A model generated the notes under the pieces. That model was not told the origin of the DNA and ran no database searches. It was given only the letters and a program-made list of their open reading frames with translations. Shown piece by piece: positions 18,822 through 27,519 of a DNA stretch of 64,000 nt. Every line of letters starts with the position of its first letter. The first letter of the stretch is position 1. Source of the stretch: an uncultured Candidatus Saccharibacteria bacterium (lineage in GTDB: Bacteria; Patescibacteriota; UBA1384; CAILIB01; JAUSJZ01). Both the position numbers and the translations under genes were made by a program. The stretch covers positions 1,749-65,748 of the forward strand of contig CAYQWZ010000002.1 of the NCBI GenBank assembly GCA_964421635.1. Reading direction: 5' to 3'.

Positions 18822-19982
18822 TTATTTTTTAGCTGAATTTTGGTCAGCGTCTTTAGAACCGCGTAGCGCCCCCATTTTTTTCATTAGAGCTTCGGACTTT
18901 TGTAAAATTGAAAAATCTACATCTTGAGTTTTCAGCCAAGCGACATACTCTTCTACTGCTTCTTTAGGGGTTTTAGTAGGATTCCAACCGAGTGACTTTA
19001 GTTTTGAAATATCTGAGATAGAGTGGCGGGTGTCACCAACTCGGTACTGTGCATTAGGCTTCAGTGTCCAGTCGTCTCGGCCAGTAGCGGCAGCAACAAT
19101 TTTGGCGAACTCTATTACGGTGTAACCTTTACCCCCACCAACATTAAAGTTTTCATAATTAGCTCGCTCATCTTCCATTACCGCCACATTAGCGGCTGCA
19201 ACATCATTAACATGCACATAGTCGCGTAGTTGCTGTCCATCCTCATAGATTGAAGGCTCTTCGCCCGCCAGCGCTTTAAGGGTAAACAAACGCAGCACAC
19301 CCGAATAAGCATTCTTGAAGGATTGTCTCGCTCCTTGCACAATTGAGTAGCGCATAGCGACGGATGGAATATTGTAGTTACGACCAAGTTTCAGAGCAAT
19401 TAATTCTTGAGTATATTTAGAAATTGAATACTGGTTTGAAGGATCTTGATGATCTTCACTGTTTTGTGCTGGAGTTAAACCAAGTTCAAAAGTGTTGGGG
19501 TCGCGCGGCTCCCAAATAGCGTTCTGTAAATCTTCTTCTTTGCGATCTTTAGCAAAAACTTCTTGGCCATTCTTGTTAATATATTTTCCTTGACCGTAAA
19601 CGAACTGAGAGCTGGCCACCACCACCTTTTTAATAGGTAATTTTTCGTTAACAATAATATCGTAAAGTAGGGCTGTACCTTTGGCGTTATCTTCAAAGAA
19701 ACGGGTAAAGTTTGGCAGCAGATCTTGGTAAGCAGCTAAATGGATTACCGCATCAACGCCGTCGAGTGCTTTTAGCCAATCTTTCTTGATGGCTACATCA
19801 CCCTTAATTTTCTCAATTCGTTTGTCTAAATAAGTTGGCCACTCATCGTTTTGGTGAACGGGTTCGCACAGTTTATCTAAAATGCGAACTTGGTATCCTT
19901 TTTTTAATAATAAATCGGCGGTGTGAGAACCAATAAAACCGGCACCACCAGTAATTAAAACTTTTTTAATATCATTTTTCAT
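18822..19982 (-). CDS. NAD-dependent epimerase/dehydratase family protein
   Basis: N-terminal Rossmann GGAGFIGSH and the YxxxK catalytic region of the SDR-extended family. Confidence 0.8.
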   Translation of the reverse strand: MKNDIKKVLITGGAGFIGSHTADLLLKKGYQVRILDKLCEPVHQNDEWPTYLDKRIEKIKGDVAIKKDWLKALDGVDAVIHLAAYQDLLPNFTRFFEDNAKGTALLYDIIVNEKLPIKKVVVASSQFVYGQGKYINKNGQEVFAKDRKEEDLQNAIWEPRDPNTFELGLTPAQNSEDHQDPSNQYSISKYTQELIALKLGRNYNIPSVAMRYSIVQGARQSFKNAYSGVLRLFTLKALAGEEPSIYEDGQQLRDYVHVNDVAAANVAVMEDERANYENFNVGGGKGYTVIEFAKIVAAATGRDDWTLKPNAQYRVGDTRHSISDISKLKSLGWNPTKTPKEAVEEYVAWLKTQDVDFSILQKSEALMKKMGALRGSKDADQNSAKK

Positions 19983-20042
19983 TGAGTACAGCTTACCTGA
20001 ATTGACTGCTTTTGTCTACCAATTTAGTCTATAAATAGCGCT

Positions 20043-21734
20043 TCAGTAGTAAAGATTGTGTTTTTTTGTACGCAACAGTCTTTTTTCGTTCGCACGACTA
20101 TTAAGGTATTTTTTCAAGGTTCCAGCTTCGTGTTTTTGTAACAACTCAGAAATATACTCTCCACTTAATAACTGAGGAAGGATTACATAATCGGCGCCTC
20201 GTTTATATATTTTAAGGGCTTCGCTAATTTCGCCGGCAGTGGCAATCATTAAAATTCCTTTATGAGCCTCACGAATACGCTCCGTCAGTATCAGATTCTC
20301 TTCAAGGTGAGGAATTGTTGAGATAACCATTTTAGCGTTTTGTAATTGAACGGAGTCTAATAGTTCGGAGTCTGTAGCGTCGCCAAAAATGGCCGGAATT
20401 TTTTGTTTGCGCAGATTTTCAATAATATCAGGATTAAAATCGACTACTAAAACTTCCTGTTTAAGATTTTTTAGCGTCTTTAAAATGTGAAATCCCATAC
20501 GATGATAGCCAAAGATCACCACATGATCTACAAGTTCGGGTGCACTCTCTAGGTTATATTCAACATCTTTTGGCTCAACAAATTTTAGAGCTGGTCTGAG
20601 AAATTCAAATAAACGATCAGATTCGGTAATTAAATAAGAGGAGGCGGCCAGTGAAATAGCAGTTGAAATTATAATGCTCGACAAAATCGTGTCTGGAACT
20701 ATACCAGAGCTGGCCGCCGTTATGGCCAAAATTACAGAGAATTCTGACATCTGACCCAAAGAGAAGGATGAATAAAAAGAGGTTCGCAGCTTAAATTTCT
20801 GGGCCGATAAAGATATTAGAATAATTAGCGGTTTAGCAATCAAGGCTAGGGCAGTTAGGACAGCAACTAATCCCCAAAGAATCTGTCCTTCAGGGTTAAA
20901 GCTAAATCCTAATAGAACGAAGAACATTACGATGAAAAAATCTCTTAGAGGCCGAATCTGCCCCATAATATCTATGTTGTAAGGAATAGCGGCTAGCGAT
21001 AATCCGGCTAAGAAAGCGCCAATAGCGTAAGAGAAACCCAAAGAGTAAGCCGAAATAGCGAACAAGAAACACCAACCAACAGCCGTAATAATCATCAAGT
21101 CTCGACTTTTTGCTAACCATTTGAATAAGGATGGCAGAATATATTTTGAAGCCAACCAAGCGGTAAGAAATAGTAAAATAATTTTACCTAACAGATCGAA
21201 AATCTCGAGGCTGAGATTTGAAGTATTAACTAATCCTGAGACTAAGGCTAGGGCGACGACAGCAACAATATCTTGAATTATTAGTAAGGCTACAGATAGT
21301 TTGCCGTATAAAGATTGCACATCGTTCTTCTCAGAAATAAGTTTCAAAACAACAATAGTGCTAGAAAAAGTTAGTGCTAGCCCAATAATACTAGCTTCAA
21401 CAGGAGAGAAACTAAATAATAAACCGACGGAGTAGCCCAGCGCGAAAGTCAAAACAATTTGCAAAACTGCTAAATTAACAATTTTATTACCGATAGTTTT
21501 GAGGCTGCTAAGATTTAGCTCTAATCCTACTAAAAACAGAAGAAAGGTGATGCCAATTTCAGAGAAGGTTGGCAGCAGTTCATTATGAGAAATTACCTGA
21601 TAACCAAGAGGACCCAAAACAAATCCGGCGATAATATAGCCTATTAGAGCTGGTTGTTTAAGTAATCTGGCCAACAAACCAAAAAGGCTGGCTGCAATTA
21701 AAACCAGACCCAATTCAATAAATGGTGGAATCAT
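20043..21734 (-). CDS. Monovalent cation:proton antiporter (CPA2/Kef-type) with a C-terminal RCK/TrkA-N domain
   Basis: About 12 TM helices followed by a Rossmann-like VVIFGYHRMG region. Confidence 0.85.
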   Translation of the reverse strand: MIPPFIELGLVLIAASLFGLLARLLKQPALIGYIIAGFVLGPLGYQVISHNELLPTFSEIGITFLLFLVGLELNLSSLKTIGNKIVNLAVLQIVLTFALGYSVGLLFSFSPVEASIIGLALTFSSTIVVLKLISEKNDVQSLYGKLSVALLIIQDIVAVVALALVSGLVNTSNLSLEIFDLLGKIILLFLTAWLASKYILPSLFKWLAKSRDLMIITAVGWCFLFAISAYSLGFSYAIGAFLAGLSLAAIPYNIDIMGQIRPLRDFFIVMFFVLLGFSFNPEGQILWGLVAVLTALALIAKPLIILISLSAQKFKLRTSFYSSFSLGQMSEFSVILAITAASSGIVPDTILSSIIISTAISLAASSYLITESDRLFEFLRPALKFVEPKDVEYNLESAPELVDHVVIFGYHRMGFHILKTLKNLKQEVLVVDFNPDIIENLRKQKIPAIFGDATDSELLDSVQLQNAKMVISTIPHLEENLILTERIREAHKGILMIATAGEISEALKIYKRGADYVILPQLLSGEYISELLQKHEAGTLKKYLNSRANEKRLLRTKKHNLYY

Positions 21735-21839
21735 CTATATCTATTGTAACCCAACTTTACAGGTTAAAACTACTGTAATAACACAAATTTTATAGTGGCT
21801 AGTAGAGCTAATAACTGCTTTTTTCAAAATTAGAACAGA

Positions 21840-22436
21840 TTGACAAAGAGGTGGAAAACTGTTACAATGGCTCAATTTATGGAAACTGCATTAGCTAAAA
21901 ATTTTGTCGTAGCTCCTGCCGAATTTGAGATTGCCAAACAGAAGTTTATTCAGTACAAAAATGCCTTTATTATTCCATTCGTTATAGTAGGATTAATCTT
22001 TCTTACCTTTGTTCCAGCTAGCCGCCCAATCAAATCGGCTACAGTAAATAAAACAAATATCATTCAGCTAACTAACTATCAGCGTGTAATTAACGGACTT
22101 GATCCATTAACGGAAAATCCTTTATTATCAGAAGCCGCCCGCCTAAAAGCGCTAGATATGATTGAAAAAGGATATTTCGCTCATTATTACGAACAGACTA
22201 CTCCTTGGGATTTTCTAGATAAAACAGGAGTAACTAACTGGTATCACGCGGGCGAAAACCTAGCCAAAAACTATAACGATTCAACTGCTATGGTGCAGGC
22301 TTGGATGGATAGTGAAAAACACCGTGAGAATATCTTATCAGATAATTACTCTGAAACTGGTGTAGCAGTTGTACAGGCTACTTTAAGTGATGGTCAGACG
22401 GTGAGCGTTACAGTACAGATGTTTACGGGAAATTAA
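21840..22436 (+). CDS. CAP/SCP (YkwD-like) domain protein. The start is uncertain: a TTGACA-17-TACAAT promoter-like element at 21840-21868 overlaps the first two candidate starts.
   Basis: C-terminal CAP domain (GYFAHYYE...GENLAK...AWMDSEKHRENIL). Alternative starts at 21867 or 21879. Confidence 0.65.
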   Translation: MTKRWKTVTMAQFMETALAKNFVVAPAEFEIAKQKFIQYKNAFIIPFVIVGLIFLTFVPASRPIKSATVNKTNIIQLTNYQRVINGLDPLTENPLLSEAARLKALDMIEKGYFAHYYEQTTPWDFLDKTGVTNWYHAGENLAKNYNDSTAMVQAWMDSEKHRENILSDNYSETGVAVVQATLSDGQTVSVTVQMFTGN

Positions 22437-22440
22437 AGAA

Positions 22441-22896
22441 CTAATTGCGTGGGCTAAAATAGTAATCGTACCATTCAAGTAAAGGTGATTCAGGTGCCTC
22501 TTCCTCTTCTATTTCGGTCTCAACATTTAGGGGTTCAGCTCCTTTTAGTGCGACTACCGTTTCGCCTGGTTTTTTAAGCAGTAAGCGACGACGCAGCTCT
22601 ATCTCTTGGTAAGATTCAGTTTCATAATAGGCTAATAAAGATTTTAACTTCTCTCGCTCAAGCTGCAAATTGACAATCTCTTCTCGCGCTTGGTCAATTT
22701 CTATTTTCGTCTGGTAATTTTTGTAAATATTTACTACCACAGAATAAAGGATATAAATTACTACCAGCGCAACTAAAATAAGGTTAAATATATCGAAAGA
22801 TCGAAGTTGCGCTCGCTTCCACCAAGGTTGACGCTCTAGAGGCATCTGCTCCTGATCTCTTTTAGGTCTTTTTTTAAGAAATTTTAAAATATTCAT
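22441..22896 (-). CDS. Septum formation initiator (FtsB/DivIC-like) family protein
   Basis: A single TM followed by a coiled coil (EIDQAREEIVNLQLEREKLKSLL). Confidence 0.6.
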   Translation of the reverse strand: MNILKFLKKRPKRDQEQMPLERQPWWKRAQLRSFDIFNLILVALVVIYILYSVVVNIYKNYQTKIEIDQAREEIVNLQLEREKLKSLLAYYETESYQEIELRRRLLLKKPGETVVALKGAEPLNVETEIEEEEAPESPLLEWYDYYFSPRN

Positions 22897-22922
22897 TAGT
22901 TATATTGTAGCTTTCTTTTTGG

Positions 22923-22951
22923 TTGACAAAAAGGATTATTTTTGCTAATAT
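22923..22951 (+). promoter_or_regulatory. Textbook sigma70-type promoter TTGACA-17nt-TAATAT upstream of the GC-rich secreted-protein gene
   Basis: Seen directly. Followed by the RBS GGGAGAAGGAGGA and an ATG at 22995. Confidence 0.5.
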
Positions 22952-22994
22952 TTGGTCAGCTTCGAACCTGAACACAAGGGAGAAGGAGGACGAC

Positions 22995-24212
22995 ATGCGG
23001 CGATACCTGATTGCGACACTACTGGTGCTGGCGGTGCTGGCACCGACACAGGCGGTCGATCCGGTCGAGTGGCTGATGCGACAGACTGGCGCTCGCAGTC
23101 CCGAAGAGTTGGTGGTTGATTTGGCTATCGACACCACTTTTTCCGGATTGATCGAGAAGTGTGAAATCAAGAACCCAAAGGTGAACGCGGCGTTTGATTG
23201 CGCCTTGATTGGACGCGGCGCACCGGTTGGGATTGTTCCGGCTGTGTCTGACCTGCGACGCGAAGAACAGGTCGAGCGAGCGATGGCTGAGATGCTGGGG
23301 CTTGACCCGCGTCTTGCTTTACAGAAGTTGAAAAGTGATGAAGATAGAGATCTCTCGGTCAGTGGCCCCCTGACTGCTTCTTTGATGCAAATGGGCGCTC
23401 TGGTGGTAGCAACGCCGAGAGAAGTGGAAAGAACGAGCCGAGAGCGGGCGGCGGATCGCAATAATGCGGAAGTCCGTCCTGGCTCTGTAGCGCCGCCCGC
23501 TACCATTGAGCGAGCTATCTACTATCTCGTTTGGGTCTTCGAGCCGTTGGCTGGCTTTGAGTACAACGAGTGGTATCAGCTTCTTACTCAGCGCAATGTC
23601 ATCACCTTGACATCAGAGCTGCGCGTGGCCATTAAGCTGGCCGATACAGACGTAACGGTGGCGTACATTACCATCCCTATCGAAATCCGCGAAGTGGGTG
23701 CCAACCGTGACCGCGGTCGGAGCCGACAGTACGCTTCACCGTTTCTGCATGCCATGCTGCGCAAGGCTTCTGACTATTTGGGTCAGATGTTGCATCGAGA
23801 GAATACTCTCTTGGAGCAGCTAGTGGTCGGCAAGTATCGTTATGATCCGGCGGCGGCTTCGACAATCGCTGCTGGTGAAGAAGCGGTTGAGCCTGTTTGG
23901 CCAGTGGTGTCGGGGCAAGTCCGTCCCAAACTGGTTCCGGCTCAAGGCTTGCCCCGACACCGAGTCATCGCCCAGCTAACTGGTGGCTTGACGCTCATCA
24001 GTGCAGGGCGAGCAGACGGATTGCGTGAAGGAAGCGCTGTACAGGTTGGCGGTTATGGTTTCAGCGTCTTCCGAGTAGCTGACAGCTACGCTTTCATTGT
24101 GGCCACCTCTGATAGCGTAGGAGCGCGTGAAGCGTTGCACTACGATGTGCCGGTTCAATTCATTCCGGTCGTCGAGCCGGTACCGGCACAAACTCCGGCA
24201 TCAACAGACTAG
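22995..24212 (+). CDS. Secreted hypothetical protein (405 aa) encoded in a ~60% GC island
   Basis: N-terminal signal peptide MRRYLIATLLVLAVLAPTQA. Strong RBS, consensus promoter and a strong terminator. The opposite-strand ORF 22874..23506 is a shadow. Confidence 0.6.
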   Translation: MRRYLIATLLVLAVLAPTQAVDPVEWLMRQTGARSPEELVVDLAIDTTFSGLIEKCEIKNPKVNAAFDCALIGRGAPVGIVPAVSDLRREEQVERAMAEMLGLDPRLALQKLKSDEDRDLSVSGPLTASLMQMGALVVATPREVERTSRERAADRNNAEVRPGSVAPPATIERAIYYLVWVFEPLAGFEYNEWYQLLTQRNVITLTSELRVAIKLADTDVTVAYITIPIEIREVGANRDRGRSRQYASPFLHAMLRKASDYLGQMLHRENTLLEQLVVGKYRYDPAAASTIAAGEEAVEPVWPVVSGQVRPKLVPAQGLPRHRVIAQLTGGLTLISAGRADGLREGSAVQVGGYGFSVFRVADSYAFIVATSDSVGAREALHYDVPVQFIPVVEPVPAQTPASTD

Positions 24213-24244
24213 ACATAACAAGTACTTGATTCAAAGTAGCTTCA

Positions 24245-24278
24245 AGCGGCGGGCGTTAGCCCGCCGCTCTTTTTATTT
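24245..24278. terminator. Bidirectional rho-independent terminator AGCGGCGGGCGTTAGCCCGCCGCT plus a T-run, between convergent genes
   Basis: Seen: a 10-bp GC stem, a 4-nt loop, then CTTTTTATTT. Confidence 0.7.
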
Positions 24279-24294
24279 AGCAATTTTTTTAAAT

Positions 24295-24672
24295 TTAAAG
24301 ACTACCAGGATTTGAAGCGATGTTGACAACCGTTTGTGCAATCACAACTGCCAAAACAGTAATCACAATACCGACGGCGCCATAGACTAATCCTTTTTTT
24401 GCCTCAGTATATTTCTCTTCGTTGCCGCCAGCGGTAATCATTTTGTATCCGTTAAGACCAGTAAAAACAATGGCGTAAATAGTGGCTAAAGTGAAAAGTA
24501 ATGTTAAAAGATTTAAAAGGATTACTTTTATTTCAACATCTGGGGAAAAAAAACGGTTAATATCAAAAATATCTTTCCAGTCATCATCGGTAACCTGAGC
24601 TTGTGCTTTAAGAGGAACGAGAAAAGATAAATAGATTATTAGTTTGGTAAATTTTTTCATTAGACAGTTCAT
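24295..24672 (-). CDS. Pilin-like small membrane protein, paralog 1 (VirB2/T4SS-pilin-like topology)
   Basis: Signal peptide, then two hydrophobic helices with the conserved loop motif ITAGGNEEK...AKKGLVYGAVGIVI shared across the array. Confidence 0.5.
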   Translation of the reverse strand: MNCLMKKFTKLIIYLSFLVPLKAQAQVTDDDWKDIFDINRFFSPDVEIKVILLNLLTLLFTLATIYAIVFTGLNGYKMITAGGNEEKYTEAKKGLVYGAVGIVITVLAVVIAQTVVNIASNPGSL

Positions 24673-24965
24673 ATTCCTTGAGCAGCGTTTATAACTGCGC
24701 CAACCATTACATACATTAGGGCTATTACTACTAAACCGACAATGGCGTAGGTAATCATTAGTTTAGCCTTTGTAGTTTTTTCGTCGTCTCCACCGGCGGA
24801 AATATAGGTGATGCCAGCTGATACTATTACCACAATGGCTGAAACAGTCGCAATGTATAAGAAAAGATTAATAAATAAATTAAACACCTCATTGGGGGAG
24901 TTTACAGTAAACCTAGGTAGAGTACCAAAGATGTTAAATTTTTCAAAATCATCTGTTGCTGCCAT
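24669..24965 (-). CDS. Pilin-like small membrane protein, paralog 2
   Basis: ISAGGDDEKTTKAKLMITYAIVGLVVIAL motif; 4-nt overlap with its neighbour. Confidence 0.5.
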   Translation of the reverse strand: MAATDDFEKFNIFGTLPRFTVNSPNEVFNLFINLFLYIATVSAIVVIVSAGITYISAGGDDEKTTKAKLMITYAIVGLVVIALMYVMVGAVINAAQGI

Positions 24966-25028
24966 ACATCTATTCTATCAAATAAAAACCGGGTTTATTC
25001 CACCCCGATTTTTATATGAATCTTATTA

Positions 25029-25421
25029 TTAAGCTGCTGGATCAAAGAACCCACCTCCTCCAGGTGTGCCTATTGAACCAGTAACAGCACCAACAATTAC
25101 ATAAGCTAGAGCAATAATTACTAAGCCAATAATGGCGTTAACAATTCCTTTTCTAGCACCATCTGCTTTTTCAGGGTCTCCACCAGCAGTAATATAGTTA
25201 ATACCTGACATGACAAGGTATATAATAGCCATTATAGTTGCTACCCAGAAGATAATATTCAGAACTTTTGATACAGTATCTGACAAAGAACCTGAAGAAG
25301 TTGCTGGTTGAATCGCATTAACACCACCAACTGTCTCAACACCTTGAGCAAAAGCTGCCAAAGGTGTGGCTACGACTGAAGCTACTGCCAAAGGACCGTA
25401 CATATATTTTGATAGTTTCAT
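25029..25421 (-). CDS. Pilin-like small membrane protein, paralog 3
   Basis: Signal peptide plus the ITAGGDPEKADGARKGIVNAIIGLVIIAL motif. Confidence 0.5.
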   Translation of the reverse strand: MKLSKYMYGPLAVASVVATPLAAFAQGVETVGGVNAIQPATSSGSLSDTVSKVLNIIFWVATIMAIIYLVMSGINYITAGGDPEKADGARKGIVNAIIGLVIIALAYVIVGAVTGSIGTPGGGGFFDPAA

Positions 25422-25451
25422 AACTTTTTCTACTTATTTGTAACTTATTTT

Positions 25452-25748
25452 TTAACTTACTGTATCAATAAATCCTACTAAATTTTTGGCAATCACTAGG
25501 CTCAGAGTGATGAGAACTATTCCCCAAATGCTATACATAATAGACTTTTTGGCTTTTTCGACCTGTTCTTCATTGCCCTGCGATTGCATCAATCTCATAC
25601 TATTATACACCAAAAAACCAATAGCTATGGCCCCAGCAATCAGTAACACATTGTTAATAGTCTTTGTGCCTAAATCAGTAATAACATCGACTATAGATAC
25701 CGGATTATCTTCAGGTCCAGGTGTTTTTACAATACTATTTGGATCCAT
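25452..25748 (-). CDS. Pilin-like small membrane protein, paralog 4
   Basis: MQSQGNEEQVEKAKKSIMYSIWGIVLITL motif. Confidence 0.45.
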   Translation of the reverse strand: MDPNSIVKTPGPEDNPVSIVDVITDLGTKTINNVLLIAGAIAIGFLVYNSMRLMQSQGNEEQVEKAKKSIMYSIWGIVLITLSLVIAKNLVGFIDTVS

Positions 25749-25844
25749 AGGTCCTCCTTCTTATTGAATGATTATGTAGTTGACTAGTCAAGTGTATAAG
25801 CGGTTATTGATAAATGTAAACAATAATATTTAGCTGTGGTACTT

Positions 25845-26201
25845 TTAAATAGGATTTGGAGAAATTAACTGATTAGCACCAGCTAAGGTAACAATTATTC
25901 GGGACATTACTATTACAGCTAATCCGGTGATTACGGCAATAATGGCTTGTTTAGATTTTGCGGGCCTATCTTCAGAGCTTCCCGGTAATAAATAAATTAA
26001 CCCAGCGTAAACCATTCCGGCCACGGCCAAAGAATAGCCCAACGCAATCATAAACATATATAGATCTCCACCCTCTACTACTAAAGCCGTTAAGTCTTCC
26101 AATTTTGGCGCTTGGTTGGTGCCAGTACCAGCATCTTGGGCTAAAGCAATATTAGGTAGTAAAGACCAAAGAGCAGCTAAGATATATTTTTTATTTCTCA
26201 T
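25845..26201 (-). CDS. Pilin-like small membrane protein, paralog 5 (start taken at M12)
   Basis: Signal peptide MRNKKYILAALWSLLPNIALA and the LLPGSSEDRPAKSKQAIIAVITGLAVIV motif. An ATGA overlap with the upstream gene supports this start. Confidence 0.45.
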   Translation of the reverse strand: MRNKKYILAALWSLLPNIALAQDAGTGTNQAPKLEDLTALVVEGGDLYMFMIALGYSLAVAGMVYAGLIYLLPGSSEDRPAKSKQAIIAVITGLAVIVMSRIIVTLAGANQLISPNPI

Positions 26202-27148
26202 CGTAAATATTTTATAACAAAATCTACTATCCATTTAGATAGCAGTATTATTACTGTACCGTAAACTGCCCAAGTGAGGTTCTTTTTGGCCTGTTCGGCC
26301 TGCTCATCACTATCAGCCACTAGCAGTAAAATACCAGAATAAATAATCATAACGACTAAGAAAAAGCCGGCTAAAATAAGAAGGATTTCAATAAATCTTT
26401 GAATTAGAGGAATTTCTACTCCTGCAGGTTCAAGCAAGGTGTTGATAGTATCTAGTGTAATGGTGCCGAAAATTGGTGCGCTTGGCGGAGTAAAGGTCCC
26501 TGCGCCTGCACCACCGTCAGCATCATCGTCAGCATCGTCAGCATCGTCATCAGTTGCATCTTCGTGAATGGCAACAGTCTTTATATCAATTTCTCTCGAT
26601 AAGCCACAATCATTATTACCGGCTAAAGAGAACACATTTTCACCATGGCCAAACATTAATAAAGCCATCATCTTTTTTTCGCCTGCTGACTCAAATAAGT
26701 AATTTACGCTTAGACGAACAGCCCTGTTAGTAACTGATATTTCATTACCCGATAACGAAGGAGAAACGACATCAATAGTGCTTGAGTTAGACCTTTCAAC
26801 TGTATATCTATCATAACCTTGTGCTTCATGATTTAGATTTATTGAACCAACAAACCAGTCTCCGTTGGTACCATCTGCTTGTAAATCTTGGCACGCTTGG
26901 ATTGCATTACCGCTAACATCATAATCACCAGTTTGTTTAATGAAAACCACTCTTACTTGGAAAGCTTCAGTTTCTGTTGGTGTTGGCAAGTTGGACAAAT
27001 TTACAAACGCGTTAATCTCTTTTGTCTCTGATGACGAAGCCACATTTTCAAAATAAATATTTGGAATAGTCTGAGCTAAAACAGCAGTTGGCAGTAACAT
27101 AAAAATAACTAGCCCAAAAATAAACTTTATTTTTTTATAAATTTTCAT
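26198..27148 (-). CDS. Larger pilin-like protein (316 aa) with an N-terminal extracellular domain, an acidic DADDADDDAD repeat and a C-terminal pilin-like module
   Basis: Signal peptide; C-terminal LLVADSDEQAEQAKKNLTWAVYGTVIILL motif. 9-nt tandem repeats encode the acidic stretch. Confidence 0.45.
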   Translation of the reverse strand: MKIYKKIKFIFGLVIFMLLPTAVLAQTIPNIYFENVASSSETKEINAFVNLSNLPTPTETEAFQVRVVFIKQTGDYDVSGNAIQACQDLQADGTNGDWFVGSINLNHEAQGYDRYTVERSNSSTIDVVSPSLSGNEISVTNRAVRLSVNYLFESAGEKKMMALLMFGHGENVFSLAGNNDCGLSREIDIKTVAIHEDATDDDADDADDDADGGAGAGTFTPPSAPIFGTITLDTINTLLEPAGVEIPLIQRFIEILLILAGFFLVVMIIYSGILLLVADSDEQAEQAKKNLTWAVYGTVIILLSKWIVDFVIKYLR

Positions 27149-27519
27149 GGTGTTGTTTCTATAGCAGGTGGGGTCTCTTCAAACTCTGGCGGAATTAAAC
27201 CTTGCTCAGATAAAACTGAAATGATGGTAGGGTAGAGCAGCATAAAAATTAATCCTATAACGGTGGTGGTGATGATTGTTTTGGCAGTACCGACATTATC
27301 AGGGTTAAAAGCGCCTGAAATGTACATTACTCCAGCGCCAATAATAACCAAGGTACCACCAGCCAGCACAATCTTACGCAAGTCCTCAATAATATCGTTA
27401 ATTGATTGCCATAAGTCTGTTGTGTTAGCGCCAGCACCTTGAGCGCTGGCAGGAATGAATGACGGATACAACAAAACGAACAGCAATAAAACTGCAATAA
27501 TAATTATTCTAGTCTTCAC
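27145..27519 (-). CDS. Pilin-like small membrane protein, paralog 7
   Basis: Signal peptide plus ISGAFNPDNVGTAKTIITTTVIGLIFML. Confidence 0.45.
   Translation of the reverse strand: MKTRIIIIAVLLLFVLLYPSFIPASAQGAGANTTDLWQSINDIIEDLRKIVLAGGTLVIIGAGVMYISGAFNPDNVGTAKTIITTTVIGLIFMLLYPTIISVLSEQGLIPPEFEETPPAIETTP

Noticed and set aside
22874-23506. 210-aa ORF on the minus strand
   Set aside because: It lies antisense inside the GC-rich secreted-protein gene. High GC suppresses stop codons and generates shadow ORFs. It has no RBS or promoter logic and an Arg/Ser/Ala-rich junk composition.
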